From the NCBI RefSeq assembly GCF_000142905.1, contig NW_013657665.1:124001-188000 (forward strand): a DNA stretch of 64,000 bases. The letters run 5' to 3'. Under the pieces are notes generated by a model. The model did not search any database, was not told where the DNA came from, and saw nothing but the letters and a program-made list of their open reading frames with translations. This document shows positions 10,168-22,000 of the stretch, one piece after another. A program made the position numbers and the translations under genes. Every line of letters begins with the position of its first letter. Positions within the stretch are counted from its first letter, which is position 1. This DNA is from Thecamonas trahens ATCC 50062 (lineage: Eukaryota; Protista; Apusomonadida).

Positions 10168-11313
10168 TGGGTATGAGCGGGGCGAGTCAAGGCGGAGTCA
10201 TGGCAGAGGCTGTGGTTGAAGCCACAGGAGTAGCAGGAGCAGCAGGAGTAGCAGCGGTGCAAGAGATTGCTATTGTGGTCCATGACTCGCAGTCTGTCAT
10301 CATGGCTGCTGTTGTCATGGTCGCCATCTTTGCTGCTATCGGCTACATGGGCGCTGTCAAGAAGAAGGCCCTGGTCGACACGCTCAAGGCCATCGGCATC
10401 ACCAAGGAGCGCGCAAAGGTACGCTCTCTCTCTCTCTCTCTTTCTCTCTCATCCACACACTAGTTGTTCCCATCGCCACCCACTGCGTGGTTCTTGCATC
10501 TAGCTGTGATCTCTACATCCCCACCCGCTTCACCCTCTACCCCCCCCACTCACTCCCGATCACCCTCCCCCCCCGCCCCTCCCGACACAGCGCGTGTTTA
10601 AGGAGCTGCTTCGCAAGGTCTTCCACTTTTCAGGTGCTGTCATGCCAACGGTTTACTACGTCGGACTCCGCAACTCGCTGATGGACAAGCCGCTCGGATG
10701 CTGCATCATGGTCACGGTGACCTCGCTGTACCTCATCGGCGACGTGCTGCGGCTCTCGTGGCCAGCGTTTAACCACTACATGCTTGTCGACCTTGGATGG
10801 AACAAGATCATGCGAAAGGAAGAGTACCATAACTTTACCGGCATCGGGTGGTACTTTGCCGGCAACACCCTCGCCACTCTGTTCTTCAAGCCGACGGTGG
10901 CCATGATCGCCATGTGCGGTCTGGTCCTGGGCGACTTTTTTGCCGCACTCGTCGGCAAGGCCGTCGGAAGGACCAAGCTCCTTGGCTCCAAGTCGCTCGA
11001 GGGCTCAACCGGCTGCTTTGCCGTCTGCTTCGCCTGCTCCATCGCCCTGCTCGTCTCCATGCTCCCGGCGCTGACGTTCGGGCAGGCTGCGCTGCTGGCG
11101 TTTGCAGGTGCACTGGCCGCTACCCTCGCCGAGCTCTTCTCCATCAACGTCAATGACAACATCACGCTCCCGCTTGCCTCGGGCGTCGCCATCTCGCTCA
11201 CCGCCCTCTGGCTCGGCTGGTACCCGCTCCTCACTTCGGACTACGAGGGCAAGCCCGCGGTAACCTGGGCCCTCCTCGGCCTCGATCCGCCGGCCATCGC
11301 CTCCTTCCGTTAA
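10167..11313 (+). CDS. CTP-dependent lipid kinase (DGK1/phytol/dolichol kinase family), two exons 10167..10418 + 10591..11313
   Basis: ELLRKVFH, GDFFAALVG, SKSLEGS and NDNITLP motifs with multiple TM helices. A phase-0 GTACGC...CAG intron joins KERAK to RVFKELLRK. Confidence 0.85.
10419..10590 (+). other. Spliceosomal intron (172 nt)
   Basis: GTACGC donor, CT-rich body, CAG acceptor; restores frame. Confidence 0.85.
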
Positions 11314-11579
11314 TCCCCAGTCTACATCACAGACGGCCCTCCCTCTCTCGCCCAAGCTCCCTCCCTGCCTCGTCCAATGGCAGCAATGGTCCATCGGCTA
11401 GCTAGCTCCCTTCTGTCAGCCCCCCCCCCCCGTTCCCACGTGATTTTTGGCCGTTGGTGACGTAGAACAAAACCCTTCATCCCGGGCTTTATTCCGCTGC
11501 TTCATGAATAGCGGTCCAAGGGGGATCGTAGAGCGGTTGGAGAGACAGACTGCACTCTCCAACGAATCATAGTGTGAAG

Positions 11580-12704
11580 ATGAAGCAGATGATGAAGACA
11601 TTTGCTGCTCTGGGTATGCTGCTCCTCCTGGCGGGCATGGGCAGTGCCGCCTCGTGCGAGTACTCTTACGACGCTCCGGAGGAGTGGGGCACTGTCTGCA
11701 ATGCGCCGCTCTGCAACCAGACCATGGGCGCCCAGTCGCCAATCGACCTTATGCCGACGGCGACAGTTGCTACTGCTGCCGCCATTCATCCTATCTACGG
11801 AAGTGCTTCTGGGCTTGAGGTCGAGAACAAGGGCCACACCATCCAGGTCTCCTACAACGCCTCGACCATGTTCCGCATCGAGTCAACGGCGCTCGGCGCC
11901 ACCCGCAAGGTCCTTCAGCTCCACTTCCACACTCCTTCCGAGCACACTGTCAACGGCATGCACTACCCGCTGGAGATGCATGTGGTCCATGCCGATGCTT
12001 CCAACAACCTCGCCGTGCTCGGCATTTTCTTTGAGACCTCGTCCATGACCTCGCCGCTGCTGCAGTCGGTTGTGGCCAACGCTGACGATCTTGCCGCCAA
12101 GGGCGACAAGGCCATGGCCTCGCTCGACCTCACCGAGGTTTCCAAGGCCGGCCTCTCGTACTGGTCGTACCCTGGCTCGCTCACCACCCCGCCGTGCTCC
12201 GAGGGTGTCTCGTGGATGGTCCTCCAGTCGCCGCTCAAGGCGAGCCAGGCCCAGATCGACGCCATCGAGGCCATCATCGGCAAGTCCAACCGCCCCACGC
12301 AGCCGCTGGCCGGCCGCTCGGTCTCCTCTTACCGCGCCCCGGCTGCCGCCGCCATGTCGTCGAATTCCATGGCTGCCGCCATGGCTGCCGACTCGGACGA
12401 CGACGACTCGTCGGCTACCGCCGGCGCCGCGCTCTCTGGCGTCAACCTTGCCCTGCTGGTCATCATGATGACTGGCCTCACCGTTGCCGTTGTGGTCTTT
12501 GGCATTCGCCTGCAATACATCACCCGCCTGCTCCTTTCCCTCGGTGCCGAGGTCGAGACTGCCAAGCCGGCTGCCGCCAAGAAGAGCAAGGGCAAGGGCA
12601 AGAAGAAGGGCACTCTGTTCTGGTCCGACTCGACCGACACCGACGAGGCCACCGATGCCCGCACCGGCCTCTCGTACGACGAGTCCGACGAGGAGTCGTC
12701 GTGA
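11580..12704 (+). CDS. Alpha-carbonic anhydrase, membrane-anchored with an extracellular catalytic domain
   Basis: Signal peptide, QSPIDL, QLHFH and EMHVVH zinc ligands, SEHT, GSLTTPPCSE, NRPTQPL, C-terminal TM helix and basic/acidic tail. Confidence 0.93.
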   Translation: MKQMMKTFAALGMLLLLAGMGSAASCEYSYDAPEEWGTVCNAPLCNQTMGAQSPIDLMPTATVATAAAIHPIYGSASGLEVENKGHTIQVSYNASTMFRIESTALGATRKVLQLHFHTPSEHTVNGMHYPLEMHVVHADASNNLAVLGIFFETSSMTSPLLQSVVANADDLAAKGDKAMASLDLTEVSKAGLSYWSYPGSLTTPPCSEGVSWMVLQSPLKASQAQIDAIEAIIGKSNRPTQPLAGRSVSSYRAPAAAAMSSNSMAAAMAADSDDDDSSATAGAALSGVNLALLVIMMTGLTVAVVVFGIRLQYITRLLLSLGAEVETAKPAAAKKSKGKGKKKGTLFWSDSTDTDEATDARTGLSYDESDEESS

Positions 12705-12747
12705 GTCGCACGCGATCCTGATGTAAACACACCTTCGTTTTGCGCCA

Positions 12748-14355
12748 TCAACTGTTGCCGTTGGCAAGCGCGCTCACGGCGCCGAGTCCGAGATGGAGGC
12801 CGTGGAAGCCGTATGGAACCCGGACGCCGAGTTCGACCGATGCCATTGGAATTGTGGTCATGTCTGCTGCCGAGTACACAGCAAACGTCGAGGTCTCGCT
12901 CACCTCGTCGTAGACAAAGGTGAGAAGGAAGCCATCGTCCTCGGGAGCACCACTGCCCGACGCCGACCGCGGCACAAACACCGCCTCGCCGCCGCACTTG
13001 CCGGCGCCAAACTCGATGACGCCAACGATGCGCTCCGAGGCAAGATGATACTTGACAATGGCGTCAAACTCGAGCCCACTCTCGGCCGATCGCCGCGCTA
13101 GGTACACGTACTCGGGCGGCGAGCTCGCGCCGACTGTCCGCGGCGCGGCGATCGGGAACTCGGCCGGAACGTTCGGCAGTAGCGGACGCTCCGTGACCGC
13201 GCCCGTCCTCACATCAAGCCGCCACTCGTAAAGGTAGGCTGAGAGCGCTGACAGCCGGTCCGGGTCGCCGGCATCACCAAGGACGTTGAGGTCAAAGTTC
13301 GGATAGCGGAGTGCCACGAGGACCACAACTCTGCCGCCGTCCACTTCCCAAGCCGCGGCGGTGTGAAAGACAAAGCACGGCTCGACATCGAACCAGCGCG
13401 GGACAGAGCCGGGCTCTGCAGTCCGTGGCATAAGCCCAATGCGCGCGCCGCACGCACGATCAAACACAAATGGTATGCCTCCCTTGGTCACCATGTCGGC
13501 CGGGCGGAAGACGAGCGGCAAGTCGAGGATGAGCCCAAAGCTGGGCGTCACCGCCATGTCGTGGATCATGACCGGCCGCGGGAGGTCGATGGCGACCGAT
13601 GGTCGCTTGACGCCTTGAGCGGTGACCGAGGCATAGTAGGCGTACGGCGGGCCGCCGAGCGCGTAGCCGAAGAAGAACATCTCGCCAGTGGCCGCGTCGA
13701 TCTTGGGATGCGCCGTCATCTCGTGGTCTAGCGCGCCATCAAAGTCAAAGTGGTCTTGCGAAGTGACAGCGTTGTCGGCTAACCCGAGCGAGAATGGGAG
13801 CCCGTTCTCAACGAGTGCGAGGAAGCGGGCGGCGTGGTAGACAAGCGCCGTGTTGTTGGTAGCTGCGCGGAGGCCTGTGCCGAGTGAGCCGTGGGCGGTG
13901 GTAACACCCGCCACGCCACGAACCTTGGCCAGCAGCAGAGCGACAAGGCCCATCGCGCCCTGCATGTCGCCAATCTTGGTCGCCAGCGGCTTGCCGGCAG
14001 TCATCTCAGCCACCGCCCGCGGCGTGCGGAGCTGGTGGCAGGCGTACGTAACCGTGTCAGCCGCCTCGATCTTGACCGAGTGCACCATACCGTCGCCGTC
14101 GAACCAGTGGTAGCCGGCGCGCGGCTGGACTGCTGGATTGGGGCCGTTGCGAGCAAAGACCGTGCCCACCAGCGCTGCAGGCATGTTGCCGGTCGTCACG
14201 TCAAGCGCCAGCGGCTGGGCCGTCTCGTCCACGGGGCCAAAGTTGCCTGCAAGAAACATGTTCTCCGCCGCCCTGCTCCTCGCCACGACCCAGATCAGCG
14301 CCTCGAGAACAGCGACTACCGCCCGGGCCACGACTTGCACAAAGGCTCTCAGCAT
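12748..14355 (-). CDS. Carotenoid cleavage dioxygenase (RPE65/CCD/lignostilbene dioxygenase family)
   Basis: RNGPNP, HWFDGDGMVH and four Fe-ligand His motifs (TAHPK, MIHD, VFH, YGFHG), plus EDDG. Start placed at MLRAFVQ. Confidence 0.92.
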   Translation of the reverse strand: MLRAFVQVVARAVVAVLEALIWVVARSRAAENMFLAGNFGPVDETAQPLALDVTTGNMPAALVGTVFARNGPNPAVQPRAGYHWFDGDGMVHSVKIEAADTVTYACHQLRTPRAVAEMTAGKPLATKIGDMQGAMGLVALLLAKVRGVAGVTTAHGSLGTGLRAATNNTALVYHAARFLALVENGLPFSLGLADNAVTSQDHFDFDGALDHEMTAHPKIDAATGEMFFFGYALGGPPYAYYASVTAQGVKRPSVAIDLPRPVMIHDMAVTPSFGLILDLPLVFRPADMVTKGGIPFVFDRACGARIGLMPRTAEPGSVPRWFDVEPCFVFHTAAAWEVDGGRVVVLVALRYPNFDLNVLGDAGDPDRLSALSAYLYEWRLDVRTGAVTERPLLPNVPAEFPIAAPRTVGASSPPEYVYLARRSAESGLEFDAIVKYHLASERIVGVIEFGAGKCGGEAVFVPRSASGSGAPEDDGFLLTFVYDEVSETSTFAVYSAADMTTIPMASVELGVRVPYGFHGLHLGLGAVSALANGNS

Positions 14356-14569
14356 GGCACTGTTGGTGCGGTGGCGTGGTGGTGTAGTGTTGTGATACGA
14401 CCTTGCCCAGCCCAGCCTGCCACTGCCACAGGTGCCAGGCTTGTGACGAGGCCATGATGAGCCGGCATGATGACCGCCGGCGATTCCCGTCACGCCACAC
14501 GCATTTGATACTCCCACCGCCGCCAGCCACGGCCAGCCACCATACCAGGCGATCTCAAGCGGGGCCCTG

Positions 14570-14620
14570 GTTGATGCACCGTTGATGCCTGTTGATGCCG
14601 GTTGATGCCTGTTGATGCAG
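14570..14620. repeat. Five copies of a GTTGATGC-based 10-11-bp unit in a divergent intergenic region
   Basis: gttgatgcacc gttgatgcct gttgatgccg gttgatgcct gttgatgcag. Confidence 0.85.
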
Positions 14621-15073
14621 CAGCAGTGCAAAACGTCATCAAGCCATTTGGCTGTCATCGCAAGGCCAGCCCATACTCACCCTCCCTTCCCTGTCCACCT
14701 CTGTCCACCCCGACACCCCCCCCCCCCCCCAAACCCCAACCCCCAACCCCCCCTCCCCCCAAGCCCCCCTACCCCACACCCCTTCCCCCGCATTATTTTC
14801 TTCGGTCCAACATGGCTTCCAAAAAAAAAAAGCCTCACTGAAGTGGAAGTGAGGCGGAAGCAATTGCCGAGGCGATTCACAGCCAGCCAGCCCTCCCCGA
14901 CCTCCCCCCCGCACACGGAGCACCGTCTTCTCCAGAGAAGCATTGGTGAGTGAGTTCCACTCCTCCCCACCCTCTTGCGCAAGTAGCGGAGGAGTACGCA
15001 GCAAAGAGTAGCTGGACACTGTTGTGAGTGTGGGCGTACTCTCTCTCTGTAGAGGCTGTGGACCACAACGAGC

Positions 15074-17337
15074 ATGGCCAGGTTGGGAACGCCCCGCAGT
15101 GGGTGGTGGCGTTGGTGGCTCTCGCCGTGGCGTTTGTTGTTGTGCGTGGAACGCCGACAGAACGAGGCGAGGCCACAGACGGGAGGCCAAAAGCCACACC
15201 CGCACATCACGAGTGCATTCATGACAAGCTTCACATGCTCCATGCCGAGCTGCCGCAAATGGCGGCGCATGCCCGGCTCGCCCCTCAGGACTATGACCAT
15301 GGGCCGGCGGAACAGGCGAGGATCTCGGCCCGGAGCGGCTCGGAGGGAACCGGGCCTATTGGACCCATCCGCCTTGTCCTCGACTTTACCTACTTTGGCT
15401 CGAGCGACGACGTTGATCGGACGTGCCTCAATGAGGGCGACTCGGTGAAGATCGGGGACCCGAGCTCGACGTCGGACGTGTGCTCGGACACGGTCAACAC
15501 CAATTGCTGGCTCGCTTGCGACGCCGAGTCGGTCTTTACCACCGCCAAGGGCGAACACCTGCAGAACAAGCTGCTTCCGCAGGCCAAGGCCTGGCTCGAG
15601 GGCGCACTCTCTGTTGTGCCATGCGCCGGCAATCTCAAGCTCACCGGCTCAACAGTCTGCGGGTACAACGGTGGCATCACCATCCCGCCGTCGTACACCA
15701 GTCCGGGCGTACCCGCTGACATGGTGCTGTTTGTCACAGCGCGCCCGACGCTCGGCAACGTCATTGCCTACGCCGGCTCGTGCAAGGAAGACCAGTTTGG
15801 CCGCCCAGTCGCCGGCCACATGAACTTTGGCCCGAACAAGGTCGATCTCGCCTCGGAAATGTACAGCATGCAGCTGGGCGTCGCCATCCACGAAATCACC
15901 CACGCTCTCGGCTTCCAATCGTCCAAGTACGGTACGTTCAAGGATGGGCTCAATTCGACAAACGCGCTCCCGGGCCCCATCACCGAGACCGACGATGGCA
16001 TCACCTACCTCAAGACACCCAAGGTTGTGGCCACCGCTCAGGACTACTTTAACTGCCCCTCCATCACCCGCATCCCTGTCGAAGACGCCGGCGGCGCAGG
16101 TACTGCAGGCTCCCACTGGGAGAAGCGGCTCTTCCTCGACGAGTTTATGACCGGCTCGTCGTCCATCAAGCCGGTCCTCTCGGTCTTTACTCTCGCCATC
16201 CTCGAGGACTCGGGCTGGTACCTGCCCGACTACTCCAAGGCTGATCGCCTCGACTGGGGCCGCAACATGGGTTGCTCGTTTGTCAATGATGACTGCGGCC
16301 TTTGGAAGGACTCGGGCGCCTTTGGCTACAACTGCGGCCTCGACACAAAGTCGAACAACCAATGCACCTACGACCGCAAGGCCAAGGGCTACTGCCAGAT
16401 CGATGACTACTCGCCGGCCACCCTCGCACCCGCCTACCAGCACTTTCCAGGCATGCCGTCGCTCGGCGGCTTCTCCGACCTCGCAGACTTCTGCCCCATC
16501 ACCCGCCCCTACTCCAACGGCCTCTGCTCCCAGTCATCAACCGCAACCTCCAACTCGTTCAACTACGGCGAGAACTTTCATGACGAGTCGCGCTGCTTTG
16601 ACTCGTCGCTCACCGTCGGCGACGACTTTGGCCCGCTTCGCCAAAACTGCCACCGCACTCTTTGCTTCAATGCCACCGGTCCACTTCGCGTCCAAATCGG
16701 CCTCACCTGGGTCGTCTGCCCCTCGTCCGGCAAGCTCACCGCTCCGGGCTATGAGGGCTCACTCGACTGCCCCGATGTCTCCTTCTTCTGCGCCGGCACT
16801 CCGTCGACCTCGATTGCCTTTCCCACCCCGACAAACGTCGAGCCCAAGTCGGTCGGCGAGGGTGACGTCGTGACCGTCACCGGTGAGGGTTTCTTCGCTG
16901 GCATGGACGTCTACCTCGGCCTCCACAAGTGTACCGACGTCACCCTCGTCGATGCCGCCACGCTCACGTGCGTCGTCGCCGCCCATCCCGAGTACTCGGA
17001 GGAGGTCGACGTCCCGGTCAACACCTACAACGCGGACGGCCAGGGCTCGTACTACTACCCGGTCACTTTCCGCGGCTCATCTAACTCGCTTCTCAGCAAG
17101 GCATCCGATGCTTTCAACTCTGCCTCTAACTTTGCTGCCGAGAACTGGTTCTGGATCTGCCTCGTCCTCATTTTCCTCGTTCTCGGCTGCGCCTTTTACA
17201 AGATCTGCATCAAGTCTGGCTCAAAGTCTGCAAAGGTGGCCCCAGCCCCGCCGCCGCACCATCGCCCGTCGCAGCCGCACCACGCCCCGCAACACGGCCG
17301 CGGCGGTGGCCATCCACATCATCCCTACGGCCGCTGA
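15074..17337 (+). CDS. Leishmanolysin/GP63 (M8) metallopeptidase with IPT/TIG domain, TM helix and His/Pro-rich tail; start uncertain
   Basis: CIHD propeptide Cys, DQFGRPVAG, HEITHALGF zinc motif, SHWEKR, EFMT, LEDSGWY, ADFCP. ATG 15074 is one base out of frame with the signal peptide. Confidence 0.88.
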
Positions 17338-17504
17338 GCACCTGTCGGTCGAGTGGGATGCGAGAAAAAAAAGAGAATCGTTCTCGCCCACAGCTCCCCA
17401 CAACAGCTCCCTCAACTCCACTCTGTCTCTCCTCGGCCAGCCCCCGGCTTACCGCCCCACTGCACCACCCACCCTCTTCCCCTCATCCCCTCACTTGCCA
17501 GGCC

Positions 17505-18806
17505 ATGTGGAACTGGACAAGACGCAACGCTGGGATCCTTGTCCGCAACCGCAGCCTTTCCTGCATCCCGACTGCCCGTGGCATGTGCGTGTTGCCTGCC
17601 AGCGCGCCAGCTGCGTTCGATGTGGCCATTGTGGGTGGCGGAGTGTCCGGCGCATCGACTGCGTACCACCTTGCAGCTGCTGATCCCTCGCTGACCGTCG
17701 CTGTCTTTGAGCAGGATCCATGCTACAGCCGCGCGTCATCGTCACTCTCCGCGGCCTCGATCCGCCATCAATACTCGACCAGCCTCAACGTGGCCATCTC
17801 GCTCTTCGGCTCGGACTTTCTGCGCCGCGCGGCGACGACGCTGGCGGTTGACGGCTGCGATCCGCCAAACATTGGCTTTGTCGAACGCGGATACTTGTTC
17901 CTCGCCGGCGAGAGTGGTCGGAGCGTGCTGGAAGAGAATCACGCAATCCAGATTGCCGCCGGTGCGAAGCCGACGCTGCTGGATCCCGCAGGCGTGGCCG
18001 CTGCGTGGCCGTGGATGCGGGCGCACGACGTAGCAGCTGCATCGCTGGGCGGACCAGGCGAGGGCTGGTTCGACGCCTACTCGCTTCTGATGGCATACAG
18101 GAACAAGGCGCGCTCGCTTGGCGTCTCGTTTGTCGCCGATGAGGTTGTCAAAGCTCGCCGAGGCGCCGACGGCGGCGTTGCCGAGCTTACCACGGTATCG
18201 GGCGCAGCACTTCAGGTAGGCACCGTTGTCAATGCTGCCGGTGGCTGGGCGCATCGTGTTGCTCAAATGTGCGGCGCATCGCTCCCGACCCGCCCGCACA
18301 CCCGTTGCGTGTTTGTCTTTGAGACTGAGACCAACACTGCCGCCGACTGCCCCATGCTCATCGACCGGACTGGGGTCTGGGCCCGGCCTGAGGGCACAAA
18401 GACGTTCATTTGCGGCGTGTCGCCGCCAGCTGACCGCGATCCGGTGGTAGATGTCACCGACGACCTCGCCTTTGACGTCGACTACGCGCTCTTTGACGAC
18501 ATCATCTGGCCTGCGCTGGCCAACCGAGCCGAAGTCTTTGAGGCTATCAAGGTGGTCCACGCCTGGGCCGGCGTCTACAACATGAACCCCTTTGACCACA
18601 ACGCTATCCTCGGCTACGATCCGGACGTCTCCAACTTGATTCATGCCGCAGGCTTCTCTGGCCACGGTTTGCAGCAGTCGCCGGCAGTCGGCCGCGGCCT
18701 CTCGGAGCTCATCATCCACGGCAGCTACCAGACACTCGATCTCTCGCCGTTTGACTACTCCCGGCTTCTCACCGACGATCCCATTGTAGAGCGCAACGTT
18801 GTGTAG
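17505..18806 (+). CDS. FOXRED1: FAD-dependent oxidoreductase FOXRED1 (complex I assembly factor family)
   Basis: GGGVSG, ASSSLSAASIRHQYS, GYLFLA, EGWFD, FDHNAILG, GFSGHGLQQSPAVGR, C-terminal ERNVV; presequence-like N-terminus. Confidence 0.85.
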   Translation: MWNWTRRNAGILVRNRSLSCIPTARGMCVLPASAPAAFDVAIVGGGVSGASTAYHLAAADPSLTVAVFEQDPCYSRASSSLSAASIRHQYSTSLNVAISLFGSDFLRRAATTLAVDGCDPPNIGFVERGYLFLAGESGRSVLEENHAIQIAAGAKPTLLDPAGVAAAWPWMRAHDVAAASLGGPGEGWFDAYSLLMAYRNKARSLGVSFVADEVVKARRGADGGVAELTTVSGAALQVGTVVNAAGGWAHRVAQMCGASLPTRPHTRCVFVFETETNTAADCPMLIDRTGVWARPEGTKTFICGVSPPADRDPVVDVTDDLAFDVDYALFDDIIWPALANRAEVFEAIKVVHAWAGVYNMNPFDHNAILGYDPDVSNLIHAAGFSGHGLQQSPAVGRGLSELIIHGSYQTLDLSPFDYSRLLTDDPIVERNVV

Positions 18807-19023
18807 CCTTGTGTAGCGCCGTCTCCCGTGCGTGCCAATCGAGCTGCGGAACTCAGCCCGCCAGCAATACATGCCATACGAAGCACTGTCATCTTTCATC
18901 CTGATACCATCAATCGGATCGGCAGCTCTTCAGACGTCACTACTCCCAGGTATGCCACACCGCGCCGCGGCCGCCACCCGCCGGACCCGGCCGCTGCCCG
19001 CCACTCGACTCGTTCGGTTCGCC

Positions 19024-22000
19024 ATGTTTGCCCGCTCACGCAGGTTCACCACGCCGGAGAAGACCGAGCTCGGCCCCGGATGCTACGACCCCAAGCTGCC
19101 GGACCGCAAGCTGGGCAACCCGCTGGTGGTCCGGACCGAGCGCCGCATCCACGATGCTGACCTCGACTCGTCGTCGACCTCAGCCAGCTCTGTCGGCTCG
19201 GCGGGCTCGGCTGCCAGCGCCAAAATTTCAAACTCGCGCGACGGCGCCCAGCCCATTCCGCGCTGGCTGCGCGCCAAGCGGACCGAGCTGGTCGGCCCCG
19301 AGACACCGCCCAAGGTTGCGTCCAAGCGCAAGCAAGACCTTGTCACCGCCAAGATGACCTCAAAGGGCCTCGTCCGCAAGGTCCTTCTCGATCTCGAGGC
19401 CCGCATTGCCGCAAAGGACCAGAAGCTCCTCGCCCTCGTCGCCCACCACCGCGAGTCGGCGAGCCTTGCCGACGACGCCGATCGCGCACGTGCTGAACTT
19501 GCCGCTGCCCGCGCACAGCTGGACACCGCCCGCGCTGATGTTGCTGCAGCAGGCGATGCCGCCATCAGCCTTCGCGCCCAGCTCGCCGCCACCGTCGGCG
19601 CTCACGCTGCGTGTCAGGCCCGCCTCGATGCGCTCGACGCAGACTACTCAGCCGCCTGCGACGCCGCCGCCGCAAAGCTAGCCGCCACCGCCGCAAAGCT
19701 GGCCAACCACTGTGCCGATGCAAAAGTCACTGCAGGGCTTGCCGCCTGCTCAGCTGCTGCGCTCCGCGATCTCCGCGCCGAGCACGCCGCTGCTCTAGCC
19801 GCCCACGAGAACGAGACCCGTGCCGCCACCGCCGCACTCATTGCTTCGTACTCAGCTGCACTCCGCGAGGCTCGCGCCGCTCACCAGTTGGAGATCGAGG
19901 AGCTGCAGCTGCGCGCTGCCGGCAATGCAGCACGCGAAGCCGCAGCCAATGGCGCGTCCGCTGCGGCCGACGCCGCCGTCCGCGAAGCCGCCCTCGTCGC
20001 CGAGGTTGCTCACCTCAGTCTCAAATCGCGCGCCGCGAACACCCTTGCAGCCGCTGTCACTGCTGCTGTGGCCTCGACCGCCGCTCGTGAGCGCTGCGAT
20101 GCCGTGCCCAACATCGTGGACCCTGCCACCGCCGCCGCACACCATGCCGCCGCTGTCGACGCGCACACCGCCTCGCTCCGCCACTCGGAAGCCTCAGCCC
20201 TAGCCAGTCTCCAAGCCGACCACGCCGAGGAGCTTGCTCGCCTTTCTGCAGCAGCAGACGCCCGCGTCTCGGCCGCACGTCGCGAGGCGGCGGCCGTCTA
20301 TGCTTCCGAGCGCGAGGCCGATGCCAAAGCAGCCGCCGACGAGCTCGCCCGCCTTCGCGCCGCCCACGCTGCCGAGTTGACCGCCGTCCGCCGCGAGGCC
20401 GCCGAGTCGGTGGCGGCTGCCAACGAGCGCCTCGCTCACATGCACACCACCGTTGACCGACTCACCACCAAGCTGAGCGGGCTCTCTTCCAAGGTCTCGA
20501 TCCATGCAGCACAGGTCTTTGAGAACTCGCCGTACAAACCGCTTGCCTCACCAAAGTCAGAGGCCCTCCGCAAAGCGCACCGCGCCAACCTCGACCGGCT
20601 CCACGCCTCGGCCGCCACCATGTACGACATTACCAGCACTTCGCTTGCCCCGCTGTCCTCGCCGTCGCGGCATCCTTCGATGGACGCATACTCGCAGGCA
20701 GTCGAGGCGTCGACCCGCCAGCTCGGCGCTGTGCTCGATGGTGCCCTTTTGCTCGGCGCCAAGAAGGTCGCGCTTCTCCGAAGCGACCGCGCCACTATTG
20801 CCTCTGCCGCTGCTGCCGCAACCGCGCGTATCGATGAGCTCGCCACGGCCGCCGAGGCTACCGAGGCACAGGTTGCCCTCGTCGAAGCCGATGCCGCCGC
20901 CCTCGCCGCCTCGCTCAACGAGACACTCGCGGCTCTCGCTGCCAAGACCGCCGAAGCTGACGCAGCATCAGATGAGCTTGTCTCGCTTCGCGACTCATTT
21001 GGCAACGAAACCGCTGCTGTCCTCGTCCAGCTCGACGCCGCCCGCGCCGCACTTGGCAATCTCGAGAGCCAGCACGCAAGCGCCATGGCCGGCGCAGCAG
21101 ACAAGCTTGACGCTGCAAAAGCAACTCTCGCCGACTCTAACGCACTCATGGCCGAACTCGATGTCGCCGTCACCGAGCTCACGGCCGAGGTCGAGACCTC
21201 GCATGCCCGCGAAGCTCAGCTCGCTGATCACACTGCAGCTGTCGAGGCCGCTCTGACTGCTGCCGAGGGCGCGTCTGAGACCGCTGCGGCCGAGCTTGCT
21301 GTTGTCCGCAACGAGCTGGATGAGGTTGTGGCGGCGGTGTCGGCCGCCAAGGCCGCCACCGCCGCAGCTGTAGCTTCGGCACTTGACGCACTTGCCGAGC
21401 TCGACCTTCTCACGCCTGAGGCTACCGCCAGCCTTGCGGATGCGCAAAAGGTCGGAATCGGCGCGACCGTCGAGGTGCTTGCTGCTGTCTTGGTCAACGC
21501 CGTCAACGTCTCGCAGTTTGAGCTGGGCGTGGCGGCAGACGCTGCCGAGAAGACTGTCCTGGCAGCGCAGGCCAGCGTTGCCGCTGCCCGAGCCGATGCT
21601 GCGGCTTCCGCCAAACAGGCCACAAGCTTGGAGGACGCACTCACAAAGATGCGGTCCAACCTCAACACGCTCGTCCGCAACGCCGCCATCACCCAGCGCC
21701 GCAAGGACGAGGAGGAGCTGGAGGATCTTTCAGCAGTGGCGGACGCGCTGCAAGAAAACCTCAACGCGGTTGTCGCTGAGTCGGCGGCGATCAAAGCCGA
21801 TCTTGTTTGCAAGCTCACCGAGGTGCGGGGCAAGCTCGAGACAAAGTCCACCCAGGTGGCTGCTCTGGAGGTCAAGCTCAGCTCGGCCAGCTCGCGCTAT
21901 GCGGGTGACAAGTCGCGGCTTGAATCCCGACTTACGGCAGCGCTCGATGCTGCAGACTCGCTGCAGGTCGAGAACAGAGAGCTGCGGATTCAGGTCTCGC

